This document shows, one piece after another, positions 9,359 through 18,707 of a stretch of DNA of 53,326 nucleotides. Position numbers and translations under genes: made by a program. The notes beneath the pieces are model-generated. The model ran no database searches. It had not been told where the DNA came from and saw only the letters and a list, made by a program, of their open reading frames with translations. Within the stretch, counting starts at the first letter, position 1. Every line of letters begins with the position of its first letter. Source of the DNA: Eubacteriales bacterium (GTDB taxonomy: Bacteria; Bacillota; Clostridia; Oscillospirales; CAG-272); assembly GCA_045656445.1 (NCBI GenBank), contig JAZORD010000042.1:1-53326 (forward strand), in the 5' to 3' direction.

Positions 9359-10546
9359 ATGAAAAGAAACGCAATTTCTCTTGAAAGACCCGAAAGATTT
9401 TCCGAGGTTCCGGTAATAAGCCGCGAAAAGATAGACAACGCGATTTGTGTTGCCACAGACCGTCTTGAGAAAATGGGTAAAAAGCACGGCACTGATTTTC
9501 CCGGCACCCACGCTCGTTACCAGCAGTACGTTTACGGTGCTAACAACAACTGGGGCTGCGGTATGTATACCGGCTGCTATTGGCTTGCGTGGCAGCTAAC
9601 CGGCAACAGATGGTTCAAGCATCAGGCAGAGCATTTGACCGACACCTTCCAAAAGAGGATTGACGACAAGGTTGGCGTTGACGACCACGACGTTGGATTT
9701 GCATTCACTCCTTCTTGCGTTGCAGCGTACAGACTCACAGGCGTACGCAGCGCGAAAAAGGCGGCTCTTGACGCTGTAAAATATTTTTACGATAACAGCT
9801 ATTCCAAGGAGGGAAAATTCATAATCCGTATGTGGAGGCGCCGGGACCCCGTAGGATACCGTACTATGATGGACTCGCTTATGAACGCTCCCTTGCTTTA
9901 CTGGGCCGCAAAGGAAACCGGAAATGAGGAATATTTCAAGGCTGCTCACGACCACGTAAAGACTACCGAGGAGCTTCTTATAAGAGCTGACTCGTCGTCC
10001 TATCATCACTATCAGTTCGACCCCGAAACATCAGCTCCCGTAAAAGGACTTACTCTTCAGGGCCGCAGTGACGAATCCTGCTGGTCGCGCGGGCACTCTT
10101 GGGGTGTTTACGGCTTCCCTATCGCTTATTCCTACGATAAGTCTGAATTTATAAAGGACGTTCACAGAGACGTTACGTACTTTATGCTTAACCATCTTCC
10201 CGACGACTGTATTCCCTACTGGGATTACGATTTTGTATCGGGTGATGAGCCCCGCGACTCCTCTGCCGGCGTTATATCTGCTTGCGGTATGTTTGAGATG
10301 GCGAGAAACCTCGACGACTCCGACATAAACAAGACGGTATTCAACAGCGCGGCAACTCAGATACTTGAAGCAACGATTGACAGATGCACCGACGGTATCG
10401 GTGAGTACGACGACGGTCTTATTTCTCACGTTACTGCGGCTCTTCCTCAGAAGAGTGGAATCGACCAGACTGCAGTTTACGGTGACTTCTTCTACCTTGA
10501 GGCTCTCGCAAGATATACAAACCCTGAGTTCAAGATGTATTGGTAA
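9359..10546 (+). CDS. Glycoside hydrolase family 88, unsaturated glucuronyl hydrolase
   Basis: HDVGF and MMDSLMN (both catalytic Asp present), WSRGHSW, PYWDY, DSSAG, YGDFFYLEAL. Confidence 0.9.
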   Translation: MKRNAISLERPERFSEVPVISREKIDNAICVATDRLEKMGKKHGTDFPGTHARYQQYVYGANNNWGCGMYTGCYWLAWQLTGNRWFKHQAEHLTDTFQKRIDDKVGVDDHDVGFAFTPSCVAAYRLTGVRSAKKAALDAVKYFYDNSYSKEGKFIIRMWRRRDPVGYRTMMDSLMNAPLLYWAAKETGNEEYFKAAHDHVKTTEELLIRADSSSYHHYQFDPETSAPVKGLTLQGRSDESCWSRGHSWGVYGFPIAYSYDKSEFIKDVHRDVTYFMLNHLPDDCIPYWDYDFVSGDEPRDSSAGVISACGMFEMARNLDDSDINKTVFNSAATQILEATIDRCTDGIGEYDDGLISHVTAALPQKSGIDQTAVYGDFFYLEALARYTNPEFKMYW

Positions 10547-10620
10547 GAAATTGGATTTTGAATATTTAATAACCTTATATTTTGTTGCGTAATCGGAACA
10601 ATACAAAAAAAGAGATAAAA

Positions 10621-10749
10621 ATGAAAAGGAACGCTATCACACCGGAAACACCCGAAAGATTTGCTGCTCCTTATTCAATTTCAAAATCCAAGCTTGAGGC
10701 TCTTACAAGACTTCTTAAGTCCGATTACAAATCATACTGGTTGAGGTAA
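10621..10749 (+). pseudogene. Internally deleted GH88 paralogue (42-codon in-frame N-term/C-term fusion)
   Basis: MKRNAITPETPERF...SKSK-LEALTRLLKSDYKSYWLR resembles the start (MKRNAISLERPERF) and end (LEALARYTNPEFKMYW) of the upstream GH88. Confidence 0.8.
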
Positions 10750-10753
10750 AATT

Positions 10754-11584
10754 ATGAAGCAAACGGTAAAGCCGTTTGCCGTCAAGGTGCTGCAAGGCTC
10801 CCTTGTCGGCGTTGGCGCGGTGCTTCCCGGAATTTCCGGCGGAGTGCTTTGCGTGGCATTTGGAATATACAAAACGATTATGGAATTTTTAGCATCCCCA
10901 TTCCGTAATTTCAAGACTCACTTTCCTAAATTAATTCCGATAATAATAGGCGGAATTATAGGATTTCTTGGGATTGCTAATCTTCTTTCGCTTTTGCTTG
11001 AAAAATATCCTGAGCCGTCAGTTTGTGTTTTTGTCGGCTTGATTGCAGGTATGCTTCCATCTCTTTTCAGAGAGGCGGGTGAGGGCGGTCGCGGCAAAAA
11101 ATCCTATATTTCGATGGCGGTGGCAATGATAGCTGTTTTTGCCCTGCTTATATCCCTCAAGGTTTTATCGGTGACTATCACTCCAAACTTTTTCTGGTAT
11201 CTTTTTTGCGGCTTTTGCCTTGCTCTGAGCGTTATTGCACCCGGAATGAGCTTTTCAACCCTGCTTATGCCGCTGGGACTTTACCAACCGTTCGTTGACG
11301 GTATCGGGCACTTGAAGTTTTCAATAATTTTACCCGCTGCAATCGGCGCGCTTGCTACGGTCATTCTTTTTGCAAAGGCAATTAATCTCCTATTTGACAG
11401 GTGTTATTCGGTTGCGTTCCACGCAATTATCGGCGTAGTTATTGCCGCTACGGTTATGATAATTCCGTTTGCGAGCTTTGCCGAGTCGGTGCTTAGTTGT
11501 GTTATAAACCTCCTTTGCATTGCTGCGGGCGTTGCGGCAGCGCTGCTTCTTGATGAGTTTAACAGTAAATACACAGTAGAATAA
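10754..11584 (+). CDS. DUF368 family membrane protein
   Basis: LPGISGG and APGMSFS repeats, FVGLIAG, hydrophobic. Confidence 0.85.
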   Translation: MKQTVKPFAVKVLQGSLVGVGAVLPGISGGVLCVAFGIYKTIMEFLASPFRNFKTHFPKLIPIIIGGIIGFLGIANLLSLLLEKYPEPSVCVFVGLIAGMLPSLFREAGEGGRGKKSYISMAVAMIAVFALLISLKVLSVTITPNFFWYLFCGFCLALSVIAPGMSFSTLLMPLGLYQPFVDGIGHLKFSIILPAAIGALATVILFAKAINLLFDRCYSVAFHAIIGVVIAATVMIIPFASFAESVLSCVINLLCIAAGVAAALLLDEFNSKYTVE

Positions 11585-11624
11585 AAATACGCAGAGCTGC
11601 AATTTAGCAGCTCTGCGTATTTTT
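11584..11624. terminator. Bidirectional intrinsic terminator
   Basis: AAAATACGCAGAGCTGC...GCAGCTCTGCGTATTTT. Confidence 0.9.
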
Positions 11625-12100
11625 CAGCTTAGCTTAACAAGAGGCGCAACAAATCCGTCAGGAGCGGTGCTTGACACGTCGCAGGCTATAACCGTGCCCC
11701 TATAAACTATAAGATTTACAAATACGGTATCCGCGGAGTTTTCATATCCGCTCGCCTCGTATGTATAGCGTGTAACTCTTTTGTTTTTATATTTCGTTAA
11801 GTCAAGTCCCTGCTTTTTCTGTATTTCGTTATAGCCCGCGATTACCTTGTCGAAGCTCTCGGGGAGTCTGAAATCCTCGGTTTCGCACGGTTCTCCCTCT
11901 GCTTTTATACCGAACTGAGATATAAAGGAGACTCTATCCTCGTTGGTCTTGACGTTTGAAAAATCCACGGTATCAGAGGACGCAGAAACGACAGCTCCCG
12001 CTCCGCTTCCTACTATAAGAAGTGCGGCGAGTATAATCAGCGTCAGAGCTACTACTGAAAAAAAGCGTATTGTAGATGCGCGTACCGAATATATAAACAT
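11624..12100 (-). CDS. DUF4830-type Clostridial protein with N-terminal membrane anchor
   Basis: TNEDRVSFI..FG, YNEIQKKQGLDLTKYK..RYTY; GGGAGG RBS. Confidence 0.75.
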   Translation of the reverse strand: MFIYSVRASTIRFFSVVALTLIILAALLIVGSGAGAVVSASSDTVDFSNVKTNEDRVSFISQFGIKAEGEPCETEDFRLPESFDKVIAGYNEIQKKQGLDLTKYKNKRVTRYTYEASGYENSADTVFVNLIVYRGTVIACDVSSTAPDGFVAPLVKLS

Positions 12101-12160
12101 AATATCCTCCCAAAGCGGTTTTATTTAAATATACTGCCGCCCAGGGATTTTTATTACAAA

Positions 12161-12534
12161 AAAAGGGGATGAGCGCAAATAGGCGATGTCCTTAGCGGAG
12201 AATTTGTGCTTTTAATAAAGCGCAAGCATCGCATTTGTCCGGACAAACGCAGATCTGGCTAAGTCCGTACCCATATAACGACAGAAAGAGAGAACAAATC
12301 GGTTCGCAGCCGAAACGTTCTCTCTTTTCCGTTCGTTTTCAGTTTAGAGTTATGAGGCTCGCGCTTTGCTCGCCGTTTTGAGCTTACACAGCAAGTGTTA
12401 TGAAATCTAATCCAAAACTTAGCGAAGCTAATCATAACTATGCGAAGCATATCTAAACTGTAAACTTGCCTGCAAGGGCAATCATAGTTTAGCGTGAATA
12501 CTCCGCTTGGAGTATAACGCTAAAGCGCACAGCC
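12161..12534. repeat. Dispersed structured non-coding element, copy A (MITE/REP-like or ncRNA)
   Basis: Collinear similarity to 28516-28900, including identical 26-mer (12281-12306) and 19-mer (12344-12362); multiple hairpins. Confidence 0.85.
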
Positions 12535-12642
12535 CTTTCCCTGTTAAAGCCCCTCCTAAATTAATATAAGCGGGGCTTCATCTCTGTCTTTTCCGAGGTT
12601 GCCACCTTGGCGCATCTCTCGGTGAAGCTTCACGCGGCTATA

Positions 12643-12741
12643 TCAGCCGTTGCAGCAACAACAGAAAACGATAACGATTGCAAGGATTATAATCCAAGTA
12701 CAGTTGTCGTCAAAGAGATGGCAAAAGCAATTGTTATTCAT
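12643..12741 (-). CDS. Small Cys-rich single-TM peptide (32 aa), not in the ORF track
   Basis: MNNNCFCHLFDDNCTWIIILAIVIVFCCCCNG; GGAGG RBS 9 nt upstream; CATAGTAT sporulation-sigma-like -10 upstream. Confidence 0.75.
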   Translation of the reverse strand: MNNNCFCHLFDDNCTWIIILAIVIVFCCCCNG

Positions 12742-12817
12742 GTATGTCTGCCTCCGGGAGTTACTTGCGGATTTTTTCTTCCGCTTAGTATCATACTATG
12801 CCCGGGGCAAAATTTTG

Positions 12818-14929
12818 TTAATCGAAATTGAATACGGCAGCTCCATCCTTGATAACAAGCCGTCCTTCAAAGCGCTTTCCGTTTTTAGATATAAATCCGC
12901 TCATTTTTGCGGTCGAGCCCTCTTTAAGTAAACGAACTACCTCGCTTTTGGGAATACTCTTTTTACAAATATTTATTCCTACTCTGAAGGCGCAGCCCTC
13001 GCCATATCCCATACAGCCGTAGCTCGACTTTCCTCTCACCACGTTTTTGCCGCAGACAGGACATTTTCCGACGATTTCCCCGAACTTGCCGGTGTCGGTG
13101 TTCATGGCTATCGGGGCTGACCCCCCGCGTCTGAATATTTCGGATATTTCAGCCTCGGCAAGCCTTACGCTGTCTGAAACACTTATCTCACCGCGGAACA
13201 CCTTTTTCAGCGCCTTACCAAGCTCGCTCGTCTTGTATTTGTCCATTCCTATTGACAGACGCTCAAGCGACTCAATAAGATATTCTCCACCCTCAAGCAC
13301 GGTATATACGTCCTTTTTCAAGTTTATATAGCCGCTCTTTTTAGCGTTGTCTATTATTCCGGTTCTGGTGGCTTCCGTGCCAAGCTCAAGTCCCTCAAAG
13401 ATTGCGCGGTAATCCTCAGCATCGTCAACCTCACCGCTTTCGATAAGCTCCTTCGCTTTTGCCTTGTCGTCCTTGAAGGGATTTTTTAAGTAATTGTTAA
13501 GAGTTTCTATTGTGTAGTGGCGTGGCGGCGTGGTTTCTTTTTCAGATGGGGCAAAATTTATATTAACCCTGTCGCCGACCGAAAGCTTTGGAAGTATTTT
13601 ATCCTTTTGAGTATAGTCATCGTATTTCGTCCACCCCGGCTCAAGCATTACCGTGCCCTTGAGAGAAAACTCCTCAAGCTCACCCACCTTAATTTTAATT
13701 TCGCTCCTTTCAGCTATACATTCCTCGGAGCAGAAAACAGCGACGAACCTACGGAATACCGTTGAATAAACCTGCTTTTCCTTTTCGGATAGCTTATCCG
13801 ACTTCGGTATTTTATAGGTAGGTGTGAGAGCCGAATGTGACTCAATCTTTGAGTCGTCGAAGATATATTTTGAATCTCTGAATCTCACGGGATATCCCAT
13901 TGCGTGAACGTTTGAGATTATGGCGCGCATCTTATCCTTTTCTGCTGTGGCAAGATACTCGGAGTTTGTTCTGGGATAGGTAAGATAGCCCTCCTCGTAA
14001 AGCTTCTGAATTATCTTAAGGCTTTCGCTCATACTCATTTTATATTTTTTACCGAGAGTATTCTGGAGAGTCGAGAGCGAATAGAGCTTGCCCGGATGTA
14101 TCGTATCCTTTTTACTCTCGGCAGCGGTTACGGTAGCTTCGTTTGAGTTGTAAAGGACTGCGGCTTCCTCCGCCTTTGCTTTTTCATCTTTTGCGAACTT
14201 TTGTTTACTTGTAAGCTCAATTTTCTCGCCATTCGTCTTTTCATTTGAGCGAAGCACGTAGTAAATTTCCGGCTTGAAATTTTTGATTTCCATATCTCGC
14301 TCGTAAATTGCACGTACGATAGGAACTATAACTCTGCCGACGCGCAGAAGCTTTCCTGCGCGGATTGTGGCATAGCGTGTCAAATTAACGCCGTAGAGCC
14401 AGTCAATATAGGTTCTTGCGAAGCCCTCACCTGCAAGGTTGTCATATTCTTTTTCATCCTTCATATCAAGAAGGGCGGCTCTCACCGTTTCGGGTGTCTG
14501 GTCGGGAAGCCAAAGGCGTTTTTGCACCTTTTGGGTTTTCAAGGCGTGACTGACGCAAAGGCGAACTATAATTTCACCCTCTCTGTCAGCGTCACCTGCG
14601 TTTATTATTGTGTCAACATCATCTCTGTTACAGAGTGACTCAAGAATCTTAAACTGCTTTTCTACCCCGCGGTCAACCTTTTTATCATCACCGCGGCGAA
14701 GCTCGAATTTAAAATCTTTTGGAAAGCAGGGCAAATTATCAAGCGTCCAGCCTGCGCCGTTTCCTGCTCCTGTATAGCTTTCAACGTCTGCAAGAGAAAA
14801 GAGGTGTCCAAACGCCCAGCTTACTATATACTCGCTATTTATGAAATAGCCGTCTTTTTTATCCATCTTGCCGATTCCAGCCGTGATATTTCGCGCAAGG
14901 CTCGGCTTTTCTGCAATTATAAGCTTCAC
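12818..14929 (-). CDS. topB: Type IA DNA topoisomerase, topoisomerase III-like
   Basis: IAEKPS, WAFGHL, AGDADREGE, GRV, catalytic TYPRT, LGTEATR, C-terminal CPVC ribbon; GTG start with GGGAG RBS. Confidence 0.85.
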   Translation of the reverse strand: MKLIIAEKPSLARNITAGIGKMDKKDGYFINSEYIVSWAFGHLFSLADVESYTGAGNGAGWTLDNLPCFPKDFKFELRRGDDKKVDRGVEKQFKILESLCNRDDVDTIINAGDADREGEIIVRLCVSHALKTQKVQKRLWLPDQTPETVRAALLDMKDEKEYDNLAGEGFARTYIDWLYGVNLTRYATIRAGKLLRVGRVIVPIVRAIYERDMEIKNFKPEIYYVLRSNEKTNGEKIELTSKQKFAKDEKAKAEEAAVLYNSNEATVTAAESKKDTIHPGKLYSLSTLQNTLGKKYKMSMSESLKIIQKLYEEGYLTYPRTNSEYLATAEKDKMRAIISNVHAMGYPVRFRDSKYIFDDSKIESHSALTPTYKIPKSDKLSEKEKQVYSTVFRRFVAVFCSEECIAERSEIKIKVGELEEFSLKGTVMLEPGWTKYDDYTQKDKILPKLSVGDRVNINFAPSEKETTPPRHYTIETLNNYLKNPFKDDKAKAKELIESGEVDDAEDYRAIFEGLELGTEATRTGIIDNAKKSGYINLKKDVYTVLEGGEYLIESLERLSIGMDKYKTSELGKALKKVFRGEISVSDSVRLAEAEISEIFRRGGSAPIAMNTDTGKFGEIVGKCPVCGKNVVRGKSSYGCMGYGEGCAFRVGINICKKSIPKSEVVRLLKEGSTAKMSGFISKNGKRFEGRLVIKDGAAVFNFD

Positions 14930-15106
14930 ACATTTCTCCCTTCTCTTTTTCACACGGATTATATTGTATCACAGTTTTTCCTAAAATTCCAGAGTTTTCA
15001 AAATTTTCTAAACTTTTGTGAAAAATAGATAAATTTGGCTCTCCCCCCTTTTATTTTTGCTTACCGTATGGTATACTTAATATATAATAACAGGAATTTG
15101 GTGATT

Positions 15107-15709
15107 ATGGCAAAGCTTTATTTCAAATACGGAGCTATGGGCTCGTCAAAAACGGCGCAGGCTCTTATAACAAAATTCAATTACGAGGAGCGAGGAATGA
15201 GCGTTTGGCTCATTAAGCCGGCCACAGACAAGCGCGATGGGGTTGATACACTGACGTCAAGAATCGGACTTAGCGCAAGCTGTACTCCCATCAAAAAAGA
15301 GGACAGTATTCTTTCGCTTTTTCTATCGGCTGAGGATAGGTGCGACGTTATAATTTCGGATGAAAGCCAGTTTTTCACCGAGGAGCAGATTGACGAGCTA
15401 CGCGCGATAGTGAACGATTACGGTATTCCCACCCTTTGCTTCGGACTGAGGACGGACTTTTTGACAAGGCTCTTCCCCGGCTCAAAAAGACTGCTTGAGC
15501 TTGCAGACTCGATTTCGGAGATTAAAACCATATGCGAGTGCGGAGCAAAGGCTACCGTCAGCGCAAGAGTTGATGCCGAGGGCAAGATAGTTACCTCGGG
15601 GCGTCAGGTTTTTCTCGGCGGTAACGACAGATATATCGCTATGTGCCATAAATGCTGGACTAATAAAATCAAAGAACAGAAAAGCAAGGAATATAAGGAT
15701 GAAAATTAA
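15107..15709 (+). CDS. tdk: Thymidine kinase
   Basis: [32 protein letters not shown]. Confidence 0.95.
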   Translation: MAKLYFKYGAMGSSKTAQALITKFNYEERGMSVWLIKPATDKRDGVDTLTSRIGLSASCTPIKKEDSILSLFLSAEDRCDVIISDESQFFTEEQIDELRAIVNDYGIPTLCFGLRTDFLTRLFPGSKRLLELADSISEIKTICECGAKATVSARVDAEGKIVTSGRQVFLGGNDRYIAMCHKCWTNKIKEQKSKEYKDEN

Positions 15710-16367
15710 AGAACTTCTCTCAAAATGCGACCACACGCTGCTCTCACAAACTGCAACGTGGGATGACATTAAGACGGTAATTGACGACGGAATTGAATAT
15801 GGGACGGCATCGGTTTGTATTCCCCCGTCATTTGTAAGGCGGGCTGCGGGATATGCTGACGGCAGAGTGAAAATATGCACTGTGGTAGGCTTTCCTAACG
15901 GATATTCCACAACAAAGGCAAAGCTCTTTGAAACCGAGGACGCGCTTCGTGCCGGCGCTGACGAGATAGATATGGTAATAAACGTCGGTCTTGTAAAGTC
16001 GGAAAACTACGATGCGGTGCTTGACGAGATAAAGATACTTAAGACTGCCTGCGGTAAAAAGGTGCTTAAGGTAATTGTTGAAACCTGCCTTCTCACAGAA
16101 GAAGAAAAAATCAGGATGTGCGAGGTCGTGTCGGCATCCGGCGCAGACTTCATTAAGACCTCGACAGGCTTTTCTACGGGCGGCGCTACTCCTGAGGACG
16201 TCGAGCTTTTCGCAAAGCACGTCACGGGCGGCGTCAAGATAAAGGCGGCTGGCGGAATCTCCTCGCTTGAGGACGCAGAAAGATTTATAGAGCTTGGTGC
16301 AGAGAGACTCGGCACGAGCAGAATTGTAAAGATACTGAAAAATCAGAAAAACATTACGGGTTATTGA
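15699..16367 (+). CDS. deoC: Deoxyribose-phosphate aldolase
   Basis: [38 protein letters not shown]. Confidence 0.96.
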   Translation: MKIKELLSKCDHTLLSQTATWDDIKTVIDDGIEYGTASVCIPPSFVRRAAGYADGRVKICTVVGFPNGYSTTKAKLFETEDALRAGADEIDMVINVGLVKSENYDAVLDEIKILKTACGKKVLKVIVETCLLTEEEKIRMCEVVSASGADFIKTSTGFSTGGATPEDVELFAKHVTGGVKIKAAGGISSLEDAERFIELGAERLGTSRIVKILKNQKNITGY

Positions 16368-16416
16368 GGTTATAAAAAGTTACACGGTCGCCTGTGGCGA
16401 CAGAATGGAGATTAAT

Positions 16417-17139
16417 ATGGCAAAAAATTATCCTACTCCGCATATAAACGCAACCCCCTCTGATTTTGCAAAAACCGTGCTTATGCCGGGGGACCCTCTG
16501 CGCTCAAAATTCATCGCCGAAAATTTTCTTGAGGGCGCTGTGCTCGTCAACAACGTGCGCGGCATTCAAGGCTATACGGGAACATACAAGGGCGAGCGCG
16601 TTTCGGTTATGGCGAGCGGTATGGGCATGCCCTCGATGGGCATATATTCCTACGAGCTTTTCAATTTCTTTGGAGTGGAAAACATAATGAGAATAGGCTC
16701 GGTGGGTGCTATGAGCGAGCGCGTCAAGGTACGCGACATAATTATAGGTATGGGCGCTTCCACCACCACAAATTTTGCCGTTCAATACGGTCTTGAGGGT
16801 ACGTTTGCCCCCATTGCCGACTATAAAATGATGAAAACCGCTATTGAGGAAGCCGAGAAGATAGGCGCAAGGTATGCCGTAGGCAATCTTTTATCCTCTG
16901 ATATATTTTACAACGCGAATCCGGAAGCGCAAAAAAGGTGGCAGGCTCTCGGAATTTTAGGCGTTGAGATGGAGGCGGCGGCGCTTTATATGAATGCCGC
17001 TTATTCAGGAAAATCCGCGCTTGCTATATGCACGGTGTCAGACCATCTTATAACAGGTGAGTCGCTTGACGCACTTGAAAGACAAAATTCATTCACCGAA
17101 ATGATGGAAATTGCGCTTAACACAGCGATAAGACTTTGA
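16417..17139 (+). CDS. deoD: Purine nucleoside phosphorylase
   Basis: PTPHI, MPGDPLR, GMGMPSMGIY, GVEMEAA, TVSDH; start could alternatively be 16405. Confidence 0.95.
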   Translation: MAKNYPTPHINATPSDFAKTVLMPGDPLRSKFIAENFLEGAVLVNNVRGIQGYTGTYKGERVSVMASGMGMPSMGIYSYELFNFFGVENIMRIGSVGAMSERVKVRDIIIGMGASTTTNFAVQYGLEGTFAPIADYKMMKTAIEEAEKIGARYAVGNLLSSDIFYNANPEAQKRWQALGILGVEMEAAALYMNAAYSGKSALAICTVSDHLITGESLDALERQNSFTEMMEIALNTAIRL

Positions 17140-17142
17140 TTC

Positions 17143-18312
17143 ATGAAAAGAGTATTTTTGATAGTTCTCGACTCGCTCGGAATAGGCGAAGCTCCTGACG
17201 CACAGTTCTTTTCTGACGAGGGAGCAAATACACTTTACAGTCTTTATAAAAGCGGGGAGCTAAAAATCCCCGCGCTTACCGCAATGGGTATCGGAAATAT
17301 TGACGGTGTGGATTACATTGAAAGCGTAGACTCTCCTATGGCGGCTGTCGGCAGACTGCAGGAGCTTAGCGCGGGAAAGGACACGACCGTCGGTCACTGG
17401 GAAATTGCGGGGCTGATTTCAAAAAAGCCGCTTCCGACCTACCCCAACGGATTTCCGAGAGATATAATAGAAAAATTTGAAGAAGCTACCGGGCGAAAAA
17501 CACTTTGCAATAAGCCATACTCCGGAACTGAGGTTATACGCGACTTTGGACGCGAACATATCGAAACTGGTAAGCTTATCGTATACACCTCAGCTGACAG
17601 CGTTTTTCAAATAGCGGCGCACGAGGATATAATTCCGCCCGAAAATCTCTACGAATACTGTCTTATGGCAAGAGAAATTCTTGTCGGTGAGCACGCTGTT
17701 GGCCGTGTTATCGCACGCCCCTTTGTGACGGCAGAGGACGGCAGCTATAAGAGAACTGCTAACAGACGTGATTTTTCACTCGAGCCGCAGGGCAAAACTA
17801 TGCTCGACGCTATAAAAGATAAGGGGCTTGACGTAATCTCGGTGGGCAAGATAAAGGATATTTTTGCGGCTCAGGGCATCACCGAAGCGATTATTTCCCA
17901 CGGAAACACCGAGGGAATGCAGCTCACCTCAGAGCTTCTCTCAAAGGATTTCCACGGACTTGCTTTTATAAATCTCGTGGATTTTGATTCTCATTACGGA
18001 CACAGACAGGACGCCCGCGGTTATGCAAAAGCCCTTTCCGAGTTTGACGCATGGCTATCGGATTTTTCAAAGAAGCTGAAAGAGGACGACGTCCTTATAA
18101 TAACTGCAGACCACGGCTGTGACCCGTCGGACGATTCCACCGACCACACACGTGAGTTCGTTCCGCTTCTTGTTTTCGGAAAGGGCGTTTTACCAAAAAA
18201 TCTTGGCACGCGGGAAAGCTTTTCGACGGTTGGACGGCTTGTCACTGATATTCTCGGCGTAGATTTTAAACCCGAAAGATGCGAAAGCATAAGCGAGGAA
18301 ATTTTATTATGA
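17143..18312 (+). CDS. deoB: Phosphopentomutase
   Basis: VLDSLGIG, GKDTTVGHWE, YTSADSVFQ, GHR, TADHGCDP, TDHTRE. Confidence 0.96.
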   Translation: MKRVFLIVLDSLGIGEAPDAQFFSDEGANTLYSLYKSGELKIPALTAMGIGNIDGVDYIESVDSPMAAVGRLQELSAGKDTTVGHWEIAGLISKKPLPTYPNGFPRDIIEKFEEATGRKTLCNKPYSGTEVIRDFGREHIETGKLIVYTSADSVFQIAAHEDIIPPENLYEYCLMAREILVGEHAVGRVIARPFVTAEDGSYKRTANRRDFSLEPQGKTMLDAIKDKGLDVISVGKIKDIFAAQGITEAIISHGNTEGMQLTSELLSKDFHGLAFINLVDFDSHYGHRQDARGYAKALSEFDAWLSDFSKKLKEDDVLIITADHGCDPSDDSTDHTREFVPLLVFGKGVLPKNLGTRESFSTVGRLVTDILGVDFKPERCESISEEILL

Positions 18313-18707
18313 CAAAATCTGAGCTTTTTAAGCTGGCAGACTGTGCGAGGGAAAAATCCTACTCGCCCTATTCAAATATAACGGTTGGCGCGGCGCTTCT
18401 TTGCGGCTCGGGCAAGGTTTACACCGGAGCTAATATAGAAAACGCGGCTTATTCTCCGAGCGTTTGCGCTGAGAGGGTTGCCATATTTTCTGCTATCAAT
18501 GCGGGCGAGCGCGAGTTTATCTCTTTAGCGGTTGCAGGCGGCAAGCGTGGCGAGGCGGCAAGGGAAAGCTTCACCCCCTGCGGAGTATGCAGACAGGTTA
18601 TGGCGGAGTTTTGCAAGGGAGATTTCAAGGTGATTTTGTCGGAGTCCGATGCGCTTGACCTCTCGGCTCTTTTGCCCTACCGCTTTGACGGAGATAAGAT
18701 AAAATGA
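18309..18707 (+). CDS. cdd: Cytidine deaminase
   Basis: YSPYS, GANIENAAY, CAER, PCGVCRQ. Confidence 0.95.
   Translation: MTKSELFKLADCAREKSYSPYSNITVGAALLCGSGKVYTGANIENAAYSPSVCAERVAIFSAINAGEREFISLAVAGGKRGEAARESFTPCGVCRQVMAEFCKGDFKVILSESDALDLSALLPYRFDGDKIK

Noticed and set aside
10551-10691. 12-bp inverted repeat TTGGATTTTGAA / TTCAAAATCCAA as MITE ends
   Set aside because: The right arm lies inside the GH88 remnant's coding frame and I see no target-site duplication; probably coincidental.
12301-12311. GGTTCGCAGCC / GGTTCGTAGCC as a tRNA T-arm within the repeat element
   Set aside because: No acceptor stem, D-arm or anticodon arm can be built around it.
12259-12450. Short minus-strand ORFs in both repeat copies sharing KERxFRLRTDLFSLSV
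   Set aside because: Starts, lengths and ends differ between copies and no RBS is evident; the similarity follows from the DNA repeat, and changes preserve base pairing rather than codons.
12818-14929. topB as a marker of a conjugative element
   Set aside because: No relaxase, T4SS, integrase or att sites around it; the neighbours are housekeeping genes.
14946-15025. Two inverted TTTTTCACA 9-mers between topB and tdk as DnaA boxes
   Set aside because: Low-complexity matches in an AT-rich promoter region; only two, plausibly chance.
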